From Actinomycetota bacterium (lineage in GTDB: Bacteria > Actinomycetota > UBA4738 > CALAEC01): DNA of 52,289 nt. The stretch is taken from contig DASWKG010000112.1 in assembly GCA_036396755.1 (NCBI GenBank), forward strand, positions 1 to 52,289. Reading direction: 5' to 3'. The notes below the pieces were generated by a model that did not search any database, was not told where the DNA came from, and saw nothing but the letters and a program-made list of their open reading frames with translations. Below, one piece after another: positions 7,901 through 16,708 of the stretch. A program made the translations under genes and the position numbers. The stretch's first letter is position 1. Each line of letters begins with the position of its first letter.

Positions 7901-8616
7901 AGCTCCGCATCCTCATCGTCGATGACGACGCGCAGATCCTGCGGGCGCTGCGGACGAGCCTGCAGGGCCGGGGACACGAGATCCGAACCGCGCCGAACGG
8001 CGAGACCGCGCTCGAGGTGGCCTCCGAGCACCCGATCGACCTCGTCATCCTCGACCTCGGGCTTCCGGGGATCGACGGACAGGAGGTGATCGAGCGGCTG
8101 CGAAGCTGGTCCGACGTGCCGATCATCGTGCTCTCCGTCCGCGAGGCGCAGGAGCAGAAGGTGGCGGCCCTCGACGCCGGCGCCGACGATTACGTCACGA
8201 AGCCATTCGCGATCGAGGAGCTGCTCGCCCGGATCCGGGCCGTGCGGCGCCGTGCGGCGTCCGAGGTTGAGCGGTCGGCGCTGCGGTTCGGCGCGCTCAC
8301 CGTCGACCTCGCGCGGCAAGCCGTCACGATCGACGGCGAGCTGGTGCACCTGACCCCGACCGAGTACCGGCTGCTCGAGACGATGGCCACGCAGCCGGGC
8401 AAGCTCCTGACCCACGCGTGGCTGCTGCAGAAGGTGTGGGGGCCGGGCTACGCGACGGAGTCGCACTACCTCCGCGTGTTCATCCGACAGCTTCGACAGA
8501 AGCTGGGCGACGAGGCGGCGCGGCCGAGCTTCATCATCACCGAGCCGGGCCTCGGCTACCGCTGGAAGCCGGAGCCCGACGACGAGGTGGGGGGAGGAGG
8601 ATTCGAACCTCCGTAG
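7897..8616 (+). CDS. OmpR/KdpE-family response regulator
   Basis: Begins MKLRILIVDDD.. with receiver Asp in the LVILDLGLPG context, and has a winged-helix C-terminus (LTPTEYRLLE...GLGYRW). The ATG overlaps the kinase stop (ATGA). The last 29 nt run antisense into tRNA-Tyr. Confidence 0.9.
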   Translation: MKLRILIVDDDAQILRALRTSLQGRGHEIRTAPNGETALEVASEHPIDLVILDLGLPGIDGQEVIERLRSWSDVPIIVLSVREAQEQKVAALDAGADDYVTKPFAIEELLARIRAVRRRAASEVERSALRFGALTVDLARQAVTIDGELVHLTPTEYRLLETMATQPGKLLTHAWLLQKVWGPGYATESHYLRVFIRQLRQKLGDEAARPSFIITEPGLGYRWKPEPDDEVGGGGFEPP

Positions 8617-8669
8617 GCTACGCCGGCGACTTTACAGGCCGCTCCCTTTGGCCACTCGGGCATCCCCCC
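8588..8669 (-). tRNA. tRNA-Tyr (anticodon GTA), class II with long variable arm
   Basis: 82 nt: GGGGGGA-TG-CCC-GAGTGGCCAAA-GGG..GCGGC-CTGTAAA-GTCGC-(variable arm CGGCGTAGCCTAC)-GGAGG-TTCGAAT-CCTCC-TCCCCCC-A. Confidence 0.9.
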
Positions 8670-8703
8670 GAACGAACGCGATTATCCGATAAACTCCCGC
8701 GCC

Positions 8704-9195
8704 ATGACCAAGTTCTCGTTCGATGTCGTCTCCGAGGTCGACCTGGCCGAGGTGACCAACGCCGTGGACCAGGCCCGGCGCGAGGTGACCACCCGGTTCG
8801 ACTTCAAGGGCACCGACACGTCGATCTCCGAGGACGAGGACCTCATCGAGCTGCGCTCCTCGACCGAGGACCGGCTGAAGGCGGCCCTCGAGGTCCTCAA
8901 GGAGAAGCTGATCCGGAGGAAGGTCCCCATCAAGGCGCTCAGCGAGGGGCCGATCCAGCCGGCAGCCAAGGGCACGGTCCGGCAGGCCCTCAACATCAAC
9001 CGCGGCATCTCGCAGGACAAGGCGCGGGAGCTGAACAAGTTCATCAAGGACCTCGGCCTCAAGAAGGTCCAGACGCAGGTGCAGGGCGATCAGCTGCGGG
9101 TCTCGGCGCCGAAGAAGGACGACCTGCAGGAGGTCATCACGGCGCTGAAGGAGAACGACTTCGGGATCCCGCTGCAGTTCACGAACTACCGCTGA
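8704..9195 (+). CDS. yajQ: YajQ-family (UPF0234/DUF520) nucleotide / cyclic-di-GMP-binding protein
   Basis: 163 aa. The N-terminus MTKFSFDVVSEVDLAEVTNAVDQARREVTTRFDFKG and the overall length match the YajQ family. Confidence 0.88.
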   Translation: MTKFSFDVVSEVDLAEVTNAVDQARREVTTRFDFKGTDTSISEDEDLIELRSSTEDRLKAALEVLKEKLIRRKVPIKALSEGPIQPAAKGTVRQALNINRGISQDKARELNKFIKDLGLKKVQTQVQGDQLRVSAPKKDDLQEVITALKENDFGIPLQFTNYR

Positions 9196-9196
9196 T

Positions 9197-10420
9197 TCAG
9201 TCGCCGACCTCGATCGTCCCCGTCCCGACCTCCGCGCCCGGCAGCGCGCCGAGGAACGGCGTCGCCATCACGGCCTGACGCGCCTGGGCCTGCTCGTACT
9301 CCTCGATGAGGGTGGCGAGCTGGGCGTCGACCTGATCGCTCCAGTCGATCTCCCACGCCATGCGGTCGAGGGTGCGGCGGGCCATCTCGAGCGACGAGGC
9401 CGCCGGCTGGAGCCCCGCGATGAGCAGGAGCTGAGCGCTCGTCGCGTCGGCGGCGTTCGCCGCGCCCGCGAGGTCGAACGACCGCGTGAGGCGGAAGGTG
9501 TCGAGCTGGGCGAGCGTGACGGGGGGCTCGCCGGTGATCTCGAGCACGAGCTGGAGGGCCCGGCGCTCGGCGATCACGAGCCACTGGTCGACCCAGGGCT
9601 TGGGGGGCGCCGGCACGCCGCCCGGCTGGAACTCGAAGTGCACGTGCGACGGCGTGTAGATCGCGTTGCCGGTGTTGCCCACGTAGCCGAGAACCTGGCC
9701 GACGTGCACGCTTTGGCCGACCTGCACGTCCCCCCACTTGCTCATGTGCGCGTAGAAGTACTGGATGCCGTCCGCGTCCTGGATCTCGACCGAGATCCCC
9801 GACAGGTCGCCGACCACCTTCTGGGTGACGACGCCGTCGGCGGTGGCGACCAGCGGCGTGCCGCTCTCGGCGAAGATGTCGAGGCCCTCGTGGAAGCGGG
9901 TGCAGCCGTCGCGGCAGGCGTGCCAGTCGTCGGTCCACCACGCGAGTCCGGCCACCGGGAACGGGCCCGCCACCTGCAGCATCGCCTCCTCTGTCGTGAT
10001 CCCGTAGGGCTCGAGCTGGGAGAGGATCTTGATGAGCCTCGAGGAGTTCTGGGGTCCGCCGAGGAAGAACGGCTGGGGCTCGGGGGCGTCGGAGCCTCCG
10101 GGGCCCTCGTCTCCCTTCCCGTCCTTGCCGTCCTTGCCACCGCCGCCTGGGTTCTCGCCCTCGCCCTTGCCGCCGCCCTTGGGGTCGTCGGTGGGGGTCG
10201 GCGAGGGCTGGGGAGACGGTGAGGGGCTGGGCTCGGGCTCCGGCTCGGGGGTGGGAAGCGGCGGAGGGTCGTCGGGGCACAGGTCGGGGATGGGGACCGG
10301 GTCGCAGGGGTCGATCTGGGCGCCGGCGTAGGGCTGCGAGCCCGCGAGCGACGCGGTCGTGTGCACGACGGCCAGGATGGCCGCCAGCCCCAAGAACCTC
10401 GTGATTCCCCTCATAGACAT
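9197..10420 (-). CDS. Secreted M23-family metallopeptidase with a low-complexity linker and a C-terminal domain of unknown function
   Basis: Signal peptide, then a PEPEPEPSPSPSP/GGGKGEGE linker. The M23 motifs HEGLDIF and GNTGNAIYTPSHVHFE are present. A further ~136 aa C-terminal helical region has no family I recognise. Confidence 0.85.
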   Translation of the reverse strand: MSMRGITRFLGLAAILAVVHTTASLAGSQPYAGAQIDPCDPVPIPDLCPDDPPPLPTPEPEPEPSPSPSPQPSPTPTDDPKGGGKGEGENPGGGGKDGKDGKGDEGPGGSDAPEPQPFFLGGPQNSSRLIKILSQLEPYGITTEEAMLQVAGPFPVAGLAWWTDDWHACRDGCTRFHEGLDIFAESGTPLVATADGVVTQKVVGDLSGISVEIQDADGIQYFYAHMSKWGDVQVGQSVHVGQVLGYVGNTGNAIYTPSHVHFEFQPGGVPAPPKPWVDQWLVIAERRALQLVLEITGEPPVTLAQLDTFRLTRSFDLAGAANAADATSAQLLLIAGLQPAASSLEMARRTLDRMAWEIDWSDQVDAQLATLIEEYEQAQARQAVMATPFLGALPGAEVGTGTIEVGD

Positions 10421-10422
10421 AG

Positions 10423-10443
10423 GCGCCCGCGTCGGGCGGGCGC
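10423..10443 (-). terminator. GC-rich hairpin (8-bp stem GCGCCCGC/GCGGGCGC, 5-nt loop) downstream of htpX
   Basis: Perfect stem seen directly in the sequence. There is no U-tract. It ends 2 nt upstream of the M23 peptidase ATG. Confidence 0.3.
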
Positions 10444-10510
10444 ACCTTCCATGTTCTCCATCGGACAGTGAGAATCCTGCCTGAACCGGGCCCCCGAGTC
10501 CATAGTCAGA

Positions 10511-11365
10511 CTAGGTGGTCCTCGCGCCGATCTCCCGGAGCCTGCGGACCCGCTCCTCGGTGGGCGGGTGGGTCGAGAACAGGGAGGCGATCCCCCGCCC
10601 CTTCCCCCGCAGCGGGTTCACGATGAACAGGTGTGCCTGGGCCGGGTTCAGCTTCACCGGCACCTGCTTGGCCGCCTGCTCGAGCTTGAGGAGCGCGCTC
10701 GCGAGCGCCTCGGGGTCCTGCGAGAGCAGCGCGCCCGATTCGTCCGCCTGGAACTCGCGTGAGCGCGAGACGGCCATCTGGATCAAACCGGCCGCGAGCG
10801 GGCCCACGAGCCAGAGGAGCAGGAACGCGATGCCCCCGAGCGGGCTGTCGTTGTCGTCGCTCCCGCCGAAGAACAGGAGCATGTAGGCCAGGTAGGTGAA
10901 CGCCGAGGCGATGGCCGCGGCGATCGACGAGACGAGGATGTCGCGGTTCATCACGTGCGACAGCTCGTGCGCCAGGACGCCTCGCAGCTCTCGCCGGTCG
11001 AGGATCCGCAGGATGCCCCGCGTGACCGAGACGGCCGCGTGCTTGGGGCTGCGCCCGGTCGCGAAGGCGTTCGGCTGGTCCATCTCGCTGACGTAGATGC
11101 GGGGCATGGGCGCCTTCGCCTCGGCCGCGAGCTCGCGGACGATCTCGTAGAGGTCCGGCGCCTCGGCCTCGGTGACGGGCTTCGAGCGGGTCGCCTTGAT
11201 CGCCAGCTTGTCGCTCGACCAGTACATGACGGCGTTCAGCCCCAGCGACAGGAGGAGCGCGATCGTGGCCCCCTGTCCCCCGCCGAGCCAGGCCCCCACG
11301 GCCACGAACAGGCCGGCCAGAACGCTGAGCAAGAGCCAGGTCTTCACGCGGTTGATCCCGATCAT
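10511..11365 (-). CDS. htpX: Zinc metalloprotease HtpX (M48 family)
   Basis: Has the HELSHVMNRD zinc motif, TM segments and the C-terminal FSTHPPTEERVRRL. I chose the ATG at 11365, which is preceded by AAGGAGGA 8 nt upstream. Confidence 0.9.
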   Translation of the reverse strand: MIGINRVKTWLLLSVLAGLFVAVGAWLGGGQGATIALLLSLGLNAVMYWSSDKLAIKATRSKPVTEAEAPDLYEIVRELAAEAKAPMPRIYVSEMDQPNAFATGRSPKHAAVSVTRGILRILDRRELRGVLAHELSHVMNRDILVSSIAAAIASAFTYLAYMLLFFGGSDDNDSPLGGIAFLLLWLVGPLAAGLIQMAVSRSREFQADESGALLSQDPEALASALLKLEQAAKQVPVKLNPAQAHLFIVNPLRGKGRGIASLFSTHPPTEERVRRLREIGARTT

Positions 11366-11391
11366 CTCTCGAGTCCTCCTTCTGCCCCCCG

Positions 11392-11397
11392 ATTGTA
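11392..11397 (-). promoter_or_regulatory. Candidate -10 hexamer TACAAT for htpX
   Basis: On the minus strand TACAAT lies about 26 nt upstream of the htpX ATG, ahead of the SD. No clear -35 was found. Confidence 0.3.
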
Positions 11398-11422
11398 GAG
11401 GCACCAGGGGATAACGCCCGGG

Positions 11423-12889
11423 TTAGGGGAGGGTGGCGCCGGGGGGGAAGGTGGCGAAGAGGTCGGGGAAGATGCCGATGGCAACGACCGCGAGGGCGGC
11501 CAGGACGACGACGCCGGTGAGCAGGGCGGGCACCCGGAAGGGCTGGGGCTCTGCGGCGTCTCGGAGGAACATCTGGGCGCCGACCATCACGTAGTAGAAG
11601 AGGCTGACGACGGCGTTCACGAAGATGGCGACGCCGAGGTAGGCCTTGTCGGCCTCGATCGTGGCGCCCACCACGAAGAACTTCGCCCAGAAGCCCGCGA
11701 GCGGGGGCAGGCCGGCCAGGGACAGCAGGAAGATCATCATCGCGATCGCCATCGTCGGGTTCCGCCGGCCGAGCCCGGCGAAGTCGGAGACGAGGGTCCC
11801 CGGGGCCTCGCGGGAGAGCGCGATCACCACCGAGAACGCGCCGAGGTTCATCACGCCGTAGATGAGGATGTAGAGGACCGCGGCCGCGAACGCCTGCTCG
11901 TTCGTGGCGACCGCCCCGGCCGAGGTTGCCGCGCTGACCAGCGCGATCGGGGCCAGCATGTACCCGGCCTGGGCGATGCTCGAGTACGCGAGCAGGCGCA
12001 CGACCTGCCGCTGCTGGAGGGCGATGAGGTTCCCGATCGACATCGTGAGGATCGCCAGCAGGCCGATCATGGGCGTCCAGCGATCGGCGAGCGGGGCGAA
12101 CCCCACGAACATGATCTGGAGCAGCCCCGCGAACCCGGCCGCCTTGGAGGCGACCGACAGGAACGCGGCGACCGGGATCGGCGAGCCCTCGTAGGTGTCG
12201 GGGGCCCAGAAGTGGAAGGGGACGGCCGACACCTTGAACCCGAAGCCGGCGACGACGAAGAGGATGCCCGCGATCGCCAGGGCCGGGTCGGCGCCGCCCA
12301 GGCGGGCGGCGATCTTCGTGAGCGCGAGCGTCCCCGTGACGCCGTAGATGAGGCTCATGCCGTAGAGCATCACCGCCGCCGAGAGGATGCCGATGAGGAA
12401 GAACTTCAGGGCGCCCTCGTTCGAGCGGGGGTCGCGCTTTCGGAACCCGGCGATGAGGAACGCGGGCGCCGAGACCAGCTCGAGCGAGATGAACAACATG
12501 AGGAGGTCGCGTGAGGACGCGATCGTGAGCATCCCGAGGACCGAGGAGAGCAGCAGGAAGTAGTACTCCCCCTGGAAGTAGCGCCCCTCGCGGAAGTAGC
12601 GCATCGAGATCAGCAGGACGACGAGCGTGACCGACAGGAAGAAGATCTTGAACAGGATCGCGAAGGGGTCGACGACGTAGGTGCCGCCGAACAGGGTCCG
12701 CGTCTCGCCGATGAGGGGGAACGTGGCGATCAATGCCGCGGCGGTGCCGGCGAACGACACGAGCATCGCCCACCACTTCCGGTCGGGGCGGAGCCACAGG
12801 TCGAGGACGAGGGTCGCGAGGATCGTCACCGAGAGGATCAGCTCGGGAGCGAGGGCCCCGAAGTCGACGTCCAGGCTGAATCCGGGCAT
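11423..12889 (-). CDS. nuoN: NADH-quinone oxidoreductase subunit N, truncated operon copy
   Basis: 488-aa polytopic antiporter-like subunit and the last gene of the 10-gene cluster. Confidence 0.9.
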   Translation of the reverse strand: MPGFSLDVDFGALAPELILSVTILATLVLDLWLRPDRKWWAMLVSFAGTAAALIATFPLIGETRTLFGGTYVVDPFAILFKIFFLSVTLVVLLISMRYFREGRYFQGEYYFLLLSSVLGMLTIASSRDLLMLFISLELVSAPAFLIAGFRKRDPRSNEGALKFFLIGILSAAVMLYGMSLIYGVTGTLALTKIAARLGGADPALAIAGILFVVAGFGFKVSAVPFHFWAPDTYEGSPIPVAAFLSVASKAAGFAGLLQIMFVGFAPLADRWTPMIGLLAILTMSIGNLIALQQRQVVRLLAYSSIAQAGYMLAPIALVSAATSAGAVATNEQAFAAAVLYILIYGVMNLGAFSVVIALSREAPGTLVSDFAGLGRRNPTMAIAMMIFLLSLAGLPPLAGFWAKFFVVGATIEADKAYLGVAIFVNAVVSLFYYVMVGAQMFLRDAAEPQPFRVPALLTGVVVLAALAVVAIGIFPDLFATFPPGATLP

Positions 12890-12893
12890 CGCG

Positions 12894-14450
12894 CTAGCCG
12901 AAGAGCCCGATCAGCGAGCCGACGGCCTCGTTCGTCACCCCGAGGATCAACCGCGGGTAGATCCCGAGCAGAAGGATGCCCGCGAGGAGCGGCGCCCACG
13001 ACGTGTACTCGAGCGCGGTGACGTCGACGAACGGCTTCTCCTGCCATCGCTCGGGCACCGTTCCGAGGTTCACCCGCTGGAGCATCCACAGGAAGTAGCC
13101 GGCGGTCAGCACCGTGCCGACGCCGCCCAGGACCATCAGCGTGCGGAAGAGCCCGAGCGAGAGGTCGCCGAGCGGGTTGAACGCCGAGAGCAGGGCCATC
13201 ACCTCGCCCCAGAACCCCGCGAGGCCGGGCAGCCCGAGCGAGGCGATGGCGGTGAACGCCAGCAGACCCCCGAGGTTCGGCAGCTTCTGGAGCATGCCCC
13301 CCCCGATCTCGGCGATCTCACGCGTGTGGTAGCGCTCGTGAACGGAGCCGGCCAGGAAGAAGAGCATGCCGGTGATCACGCCGTGCGCGACCATCCCGAA
13401 GATGGCCGCGTTGATGCCGATGTCGGTGAGCGTGGCGATGCCGAGCATCACGAAGCCCATGTGGCCGACCGACGAGAACGCGATGAGGCGTTTCAGATCC
13501 CGTTGGGCGAGGCAGGCGAGCGCCGCGTAGATGATCGCGATCACCGCGAGCACGCCGATCCAGGGCGCCCAGACCTTCGCGGCGTCGGGAAGGATCGGGA
13601 GCGCGATGCGGACGAACCCGTAGGTTCCCATCTTCAGCAGGATCCCCGCCAGCACCACCGACCCCACCGTGGGGGCCTCGGTATGGGCGTCGGGCAGCCA
13701 CGTGTGGAACGGCCACATCGGCACCTTGATCGCGAAGCCGAGGAAGAGGCCCCCGAACAGGATGACCTGGAAGGTGTGGTCGAAGCCCGCCTGCTGGAGC
13801 AGGATCATGTCGAAGGTGTGGCCGACCCCGGGGATGTTCGAGCGGAAGTACATCGCCAAGAAGCCCAGCAGCATGAACACCGACCCGAAGAGCGTGTACA
13901 GGAAGAACTTGATCGCCGCGTACTCGCGCCGCGGGCCGCCCCAGATCGCGATGAGGAAGTACATCGGGACCAGGACCAGCTCCCAGAACACGAAGAACAG
14001 CACGAGGTCGAACGCGATGAAGGTTCCCGCCATCCCCGTCTCGAGCAGGAGCAGGAGCGCCACGAACGCCTTCGGCTTGCCCGGGTCGGGCAGGTACTTC
14101 CAGGTGTAGATCATCGAGAGGAACGAGAGCAGCAGCGTCAGCTCGAACAGCGGCAGGCTGATGCCGTCCATCCCGATGTGGAACCTCGCGTTGATCGCGT
14201 CGATCCAGGAGGCGTTCACGCGGAACTGCAGCGCGCCCTCGGCGCCGGCGGCCCCGCCGAACGCGCCCCCCATCCCGTAGTCGAAGCGGAACAGCATGGC
14301 GATCCCGATCACCAGCGGAACGAAGGTGAACAGGATGCCGAGGCCGCGGACCAGGCGGTCCCGCTCTTTCGGCACCAGTGCGATGGCGATGGCCCCCGCC
14401 GTCGGCAGGAACACCGCCAGGGAGATCGCCCATGTGTCGAACCAGCTCAT
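12894..14450 (-). CDS. nuoM: NADH-quinone oxidoreductase subunit M, truncated operon copy
   Basis: 518-aa antiporter-like subunit (..HTWLPDAHTEAPT..). GGAGGG precedes the start. Confidence 0.9.
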   Translation of the reverse strand: MSWFDTWAISLAVFLPTAGAIAIALVPKERDRLVRGLGILFTFVPLVIGIAMLFRFDYGMGGAFGGAAGAEGALQFRVNASWIDAINARFHIGMDGISLPLFELTLLLSFLSMIYTWKYLPDPGKPKAFVALLLLLETGMAGTFIAFDLVLFFVFWELVLVPMYFLIAIWGGPRREYAAIKFFLYTLFGSVFMLLGFLAMYFRSNIPGVGHTFDMILLQQAGFDHTFQVILFGGLFLGFAIKVPMWPFHTWLPDAHTEAPTVGSVVLAGILLKMGTYGFVRIALPILPDAAKVWAPWIGVLAVIAIIYAALACLAQRDLKRLIAFSSVGHMGFVMLGIATLTDIGINAAIFGMVAHGVITGMLFFLAGSVHERYHTREIAEIGGGMLQKLPNLGGLLAFTAIASLGLPGLAGFWGEVMALLSAFNPLGDLSLGLFRTLMVLGGVGTVLTAGYFLWMLQRVNLGTVPERWQEKPFVDVTALEYTSWAPLLAGILLLGIYPRLILGVTNEAVGSLIGLFG

Positions 14451-14463
14451 GATCCCTCCGTCG

Positions 14464-16395
14464 TCAGACTCTCGTGAAGACCACCGCGAGGATCGCCACG
14501 CCCGCGAACAGGATGATCGCGTAGCGCTGGACGTTCCCCGATTGGATGTATCGCAGCAACCCGCCGGTCCACCCGGCGGTCACCGCGACCTTGTTGACGG
14601 CCCCGTCGACCACCCGTCGATCCACGATCTCCGTCGCCGTCCCGAGCTTGCGGGCGATCCAGCCGAAGGCGTTGACGGTGCCGTCGAGGATGTACGTGTT
14701 CGTCCAGTTCACCACCCGCGCGATCGGGTACTGGATGGGCCGGATGATGCCCTTCATGTAGATGTCGTCGAGGAAGTACTTCCGCTCGACAAAGGTGTAG
14801 AGCGGGCCGAACGCGCGGAGCGGGTCGCGGGCGCGATAGGTCGAGTAGAGGCGGTAGCCGATCAGGATCGAGATGCCGGCGACCAGCAGTGAGATCCCGG
14901 CATTGAAGAACGAGAACGCGGCGTGGTGCGCCTCCTCGCCGAAATGCACCCAGTCGCCGAACCACCCGATCCCCGGCGCGTTGACGAACCCCACGACGAC
15001 CGACAGGCCCGCGAGGATCGCGAGGGGGGCGACCATCACCGGGGGCGACTCGTGCGGGTGCGCCGTGCCGCGGTACTCGCCGTGGAACGTGAGGAGCACG
15101 GCCCGGGTCATGTAGAAGGCGGTGAGGGCGGCGGTGAAGAGCGCCGCGATCCACAGGCCGTAGTTCTGGGTGGTGTAGGCGGCCGTGATGATCTCGTCCT
15201 TCGACCAGAACCCCGCCAGCGGCGGGATGCCCGCCAGCGCGATCGCGCCGATCAGGAACGTGCGATAGGTCCAGGGCAGGTGTCTTCGCAGGCCCCCCAT
15301 CTCGCTCATGTTGTTCGAGTGGACGGCGTGGATGATCGAGCCGGCCGCGAGGAAGAGCAGCGCCTTGAAGAACGCGTGGGTGAACATGTGGAAGATCCCG
15401 GGGGTGAGCCCCGCCTCTCCCAACCCGAGCGCGGCCATCATGTACGCAAGCTGGGAGACGGTGGAATAGGCGAGCACGCGTTTGATGTCGTCCTGGACGG
15501 CCGCGAGGAGCGCGGCGATCACCATCGTGATGGCCGCGATGACCGCCACGAAGGTCAGAGCCCCGGGGGTCGCGTGGACGAAGACCGTGAGCATCCGCCC
15601 CACCAGGTAGACGCCGGCGACCACCATCGTCGCCGCGTGGATGAGGGCGGAGACGGGCGTGGGGCCGGCCATCGCGTCGGGGAGCCACACGTGCAGCGGG
15701 AACTGGGCAGACTTGCCGATCGCCCCCCCGAAGAGCAGGAGGGCCGCCACGGTGAGCAGGCCGCTCGAGATCTGGCCCTCCTCCACCATGTGGGAGATCT
15801 CGGGGATGCTGGCGGTGAAGCCCGCGAAGATCGTCAGCGCGATGATCCCGAACGTGAACGGGATATCGCCGATGCGGGTGGTGATGAACGCCTTCATCGC
15901 GGCGCTCGAGTTCTCCTTCTCCTCCCACCAGTGCCCGATCAGGAGGTACGAGCAGACGCCGACGAGCTCCCAGCCGACGAGCAGCTGGAAGAGGTTGCTC
16001 GCGACCACGAGGTTGAGCATCGCGCCCGTGAACAGCGAGAGGACCGCGTAGAACCAGGTGAACCGGCGGTCCCCGCGCATGTAGCCGAGCGAGTAGATGT
16101 GGACGAGGAGCGACACCGTGGTGACCACAACCAGCATCACGGCGGCGAGGCCGTCGATGTTGGTGCCGATCTCGAGGTGCAGGCCGCCGATCTCGAACCA
16201 GCGCCAGCTCCGGACCACCGCCTCGCCCGCGCCCCCGACCTGCTGGAAGAACGTGATCAGCCCGAGCAGGAACGCGGTGCCGGTCGAGAGGATGCCGATG
16301 CCGGCGCCGCGGGCCGGCTCGCGCTTGCCGAAGAAGGTGATGAGGAAGAAGGACGCCAGCGGGATGAGCGGGATGATCCAGGCGTTCTCGATCAC
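14464..16395 (-). CDS. nuoL: NADH-quinone oxidoreductase subunit L, truncated operon copy
   Basis: 643 aa with the motif [24 protein letters not shown] and a long C-terminal lateral-helix region. Confidence 0.9.
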   Translation of the reverse strand: MIENAWIIPLIPLASFFLITFFGKREPARGAGIGILSTGTAFLLGLITFFQQVGGAGEAVVRSWRWFEIGGLHLEIGTNIDGLAAVMLVVVTTVSLLVHIYSLGYMRGDRRFTWFYAVLSLFTGAMLNLVVASNLFQLLVGWELVGVCSYLLIGHWWEEKENSSAAMKAFITTRIGDIPFTFGIIALTIFAGFTASIPEISHMVEEGQISSGLLTVAALLLFGGAIGKSAQFPLHVWLPDAMAGPTPVSALIHAATMVVAGVYLVGRMLTVFVHATPGALTFVAVIAAITMVIAALLAAVQDDIKRVLAYSTVSQLAYMMAALGLGEAGLTPGIFHMFTHAFFKALLFLAAGSIIHAVHSNNMSEMGGLRRHLPWTYRTFLIGAIALAGIPPLAGFWSKDEIITAAYTTQNYGLWIAALFTAALTAFYMTRAVLLTFHGEYRGTAHPHESPPVMVAPLAILAGLSVVVGFVNAPGIGWFGDWVHFGEEAHHAAFSFFNAGISLLVAGISILIGYRLYSTYRARDPLRAFGPLYTFVERKYFLDDIYMKGIIRPIQYPIARVVNWTNTYILDGTVNAFGWIARKLGTATEIVDRRVVDGAVNKVAVTAGWTGGLLRYIQSGNVQRYAIILFAGVAILAVVFTRV

Positions 16396-16399
16396 GTGC

Positions 16400-16708
16400 T
16401 CACCATCTCAGGAGGTCGATCTCGTCGACGTTGACGGTCTCGCGGTTGCGGAAGATGAGGATCACGATCGCGAGGCCGATCCCGACCTCGGCGGCGGCGA
16501 CGGTGATGACGAACAGCGCGAAGATCTGGCCCGAGAGCGCGACGTCCTGGAGGTACTGGGAGAAGGCGACGAGGTTCAGGTTGACCGCGTTCAGCATCAG
16601 CTCGATCGACATGAGGACGAGGACCGCGTTCCGCCGCGCGAGCACCCCGTAGACCCCGATCCCGAACAGGCCGGCCGAGAAGAAGAGGACGAGGGGAAGG
16701 CGGATCAC
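16400..16708 (-). CDS. nuoK: NADH-quinone oxidoreductase subunit K, truncated operon copy
   Basis: 102 aa with 3 TM segments and the motif [17 protein letters not shown]. Confidence 0.9.
   Translation of the reverse strand: MIRLPLVLFFSAGLFGIGVYGVLARRNAVLVLMSIELMLNAVNLNLVAFSQYLQDVALSGQIFALFVITVAAAEVGIGLAIVILIFRNRETVNVDEIDLLRW

Noticed and set aside
8682-8692. Palindrome TTATCCGATAA between tRNA-Tyr and yajQ as a regulator site
   Set aside because: It is short (5-1-5). It is more simply explained as containing a GATAAT -10 element for tRNA-Tyr on the minus strand, and there is not enough evidence for an operator call.
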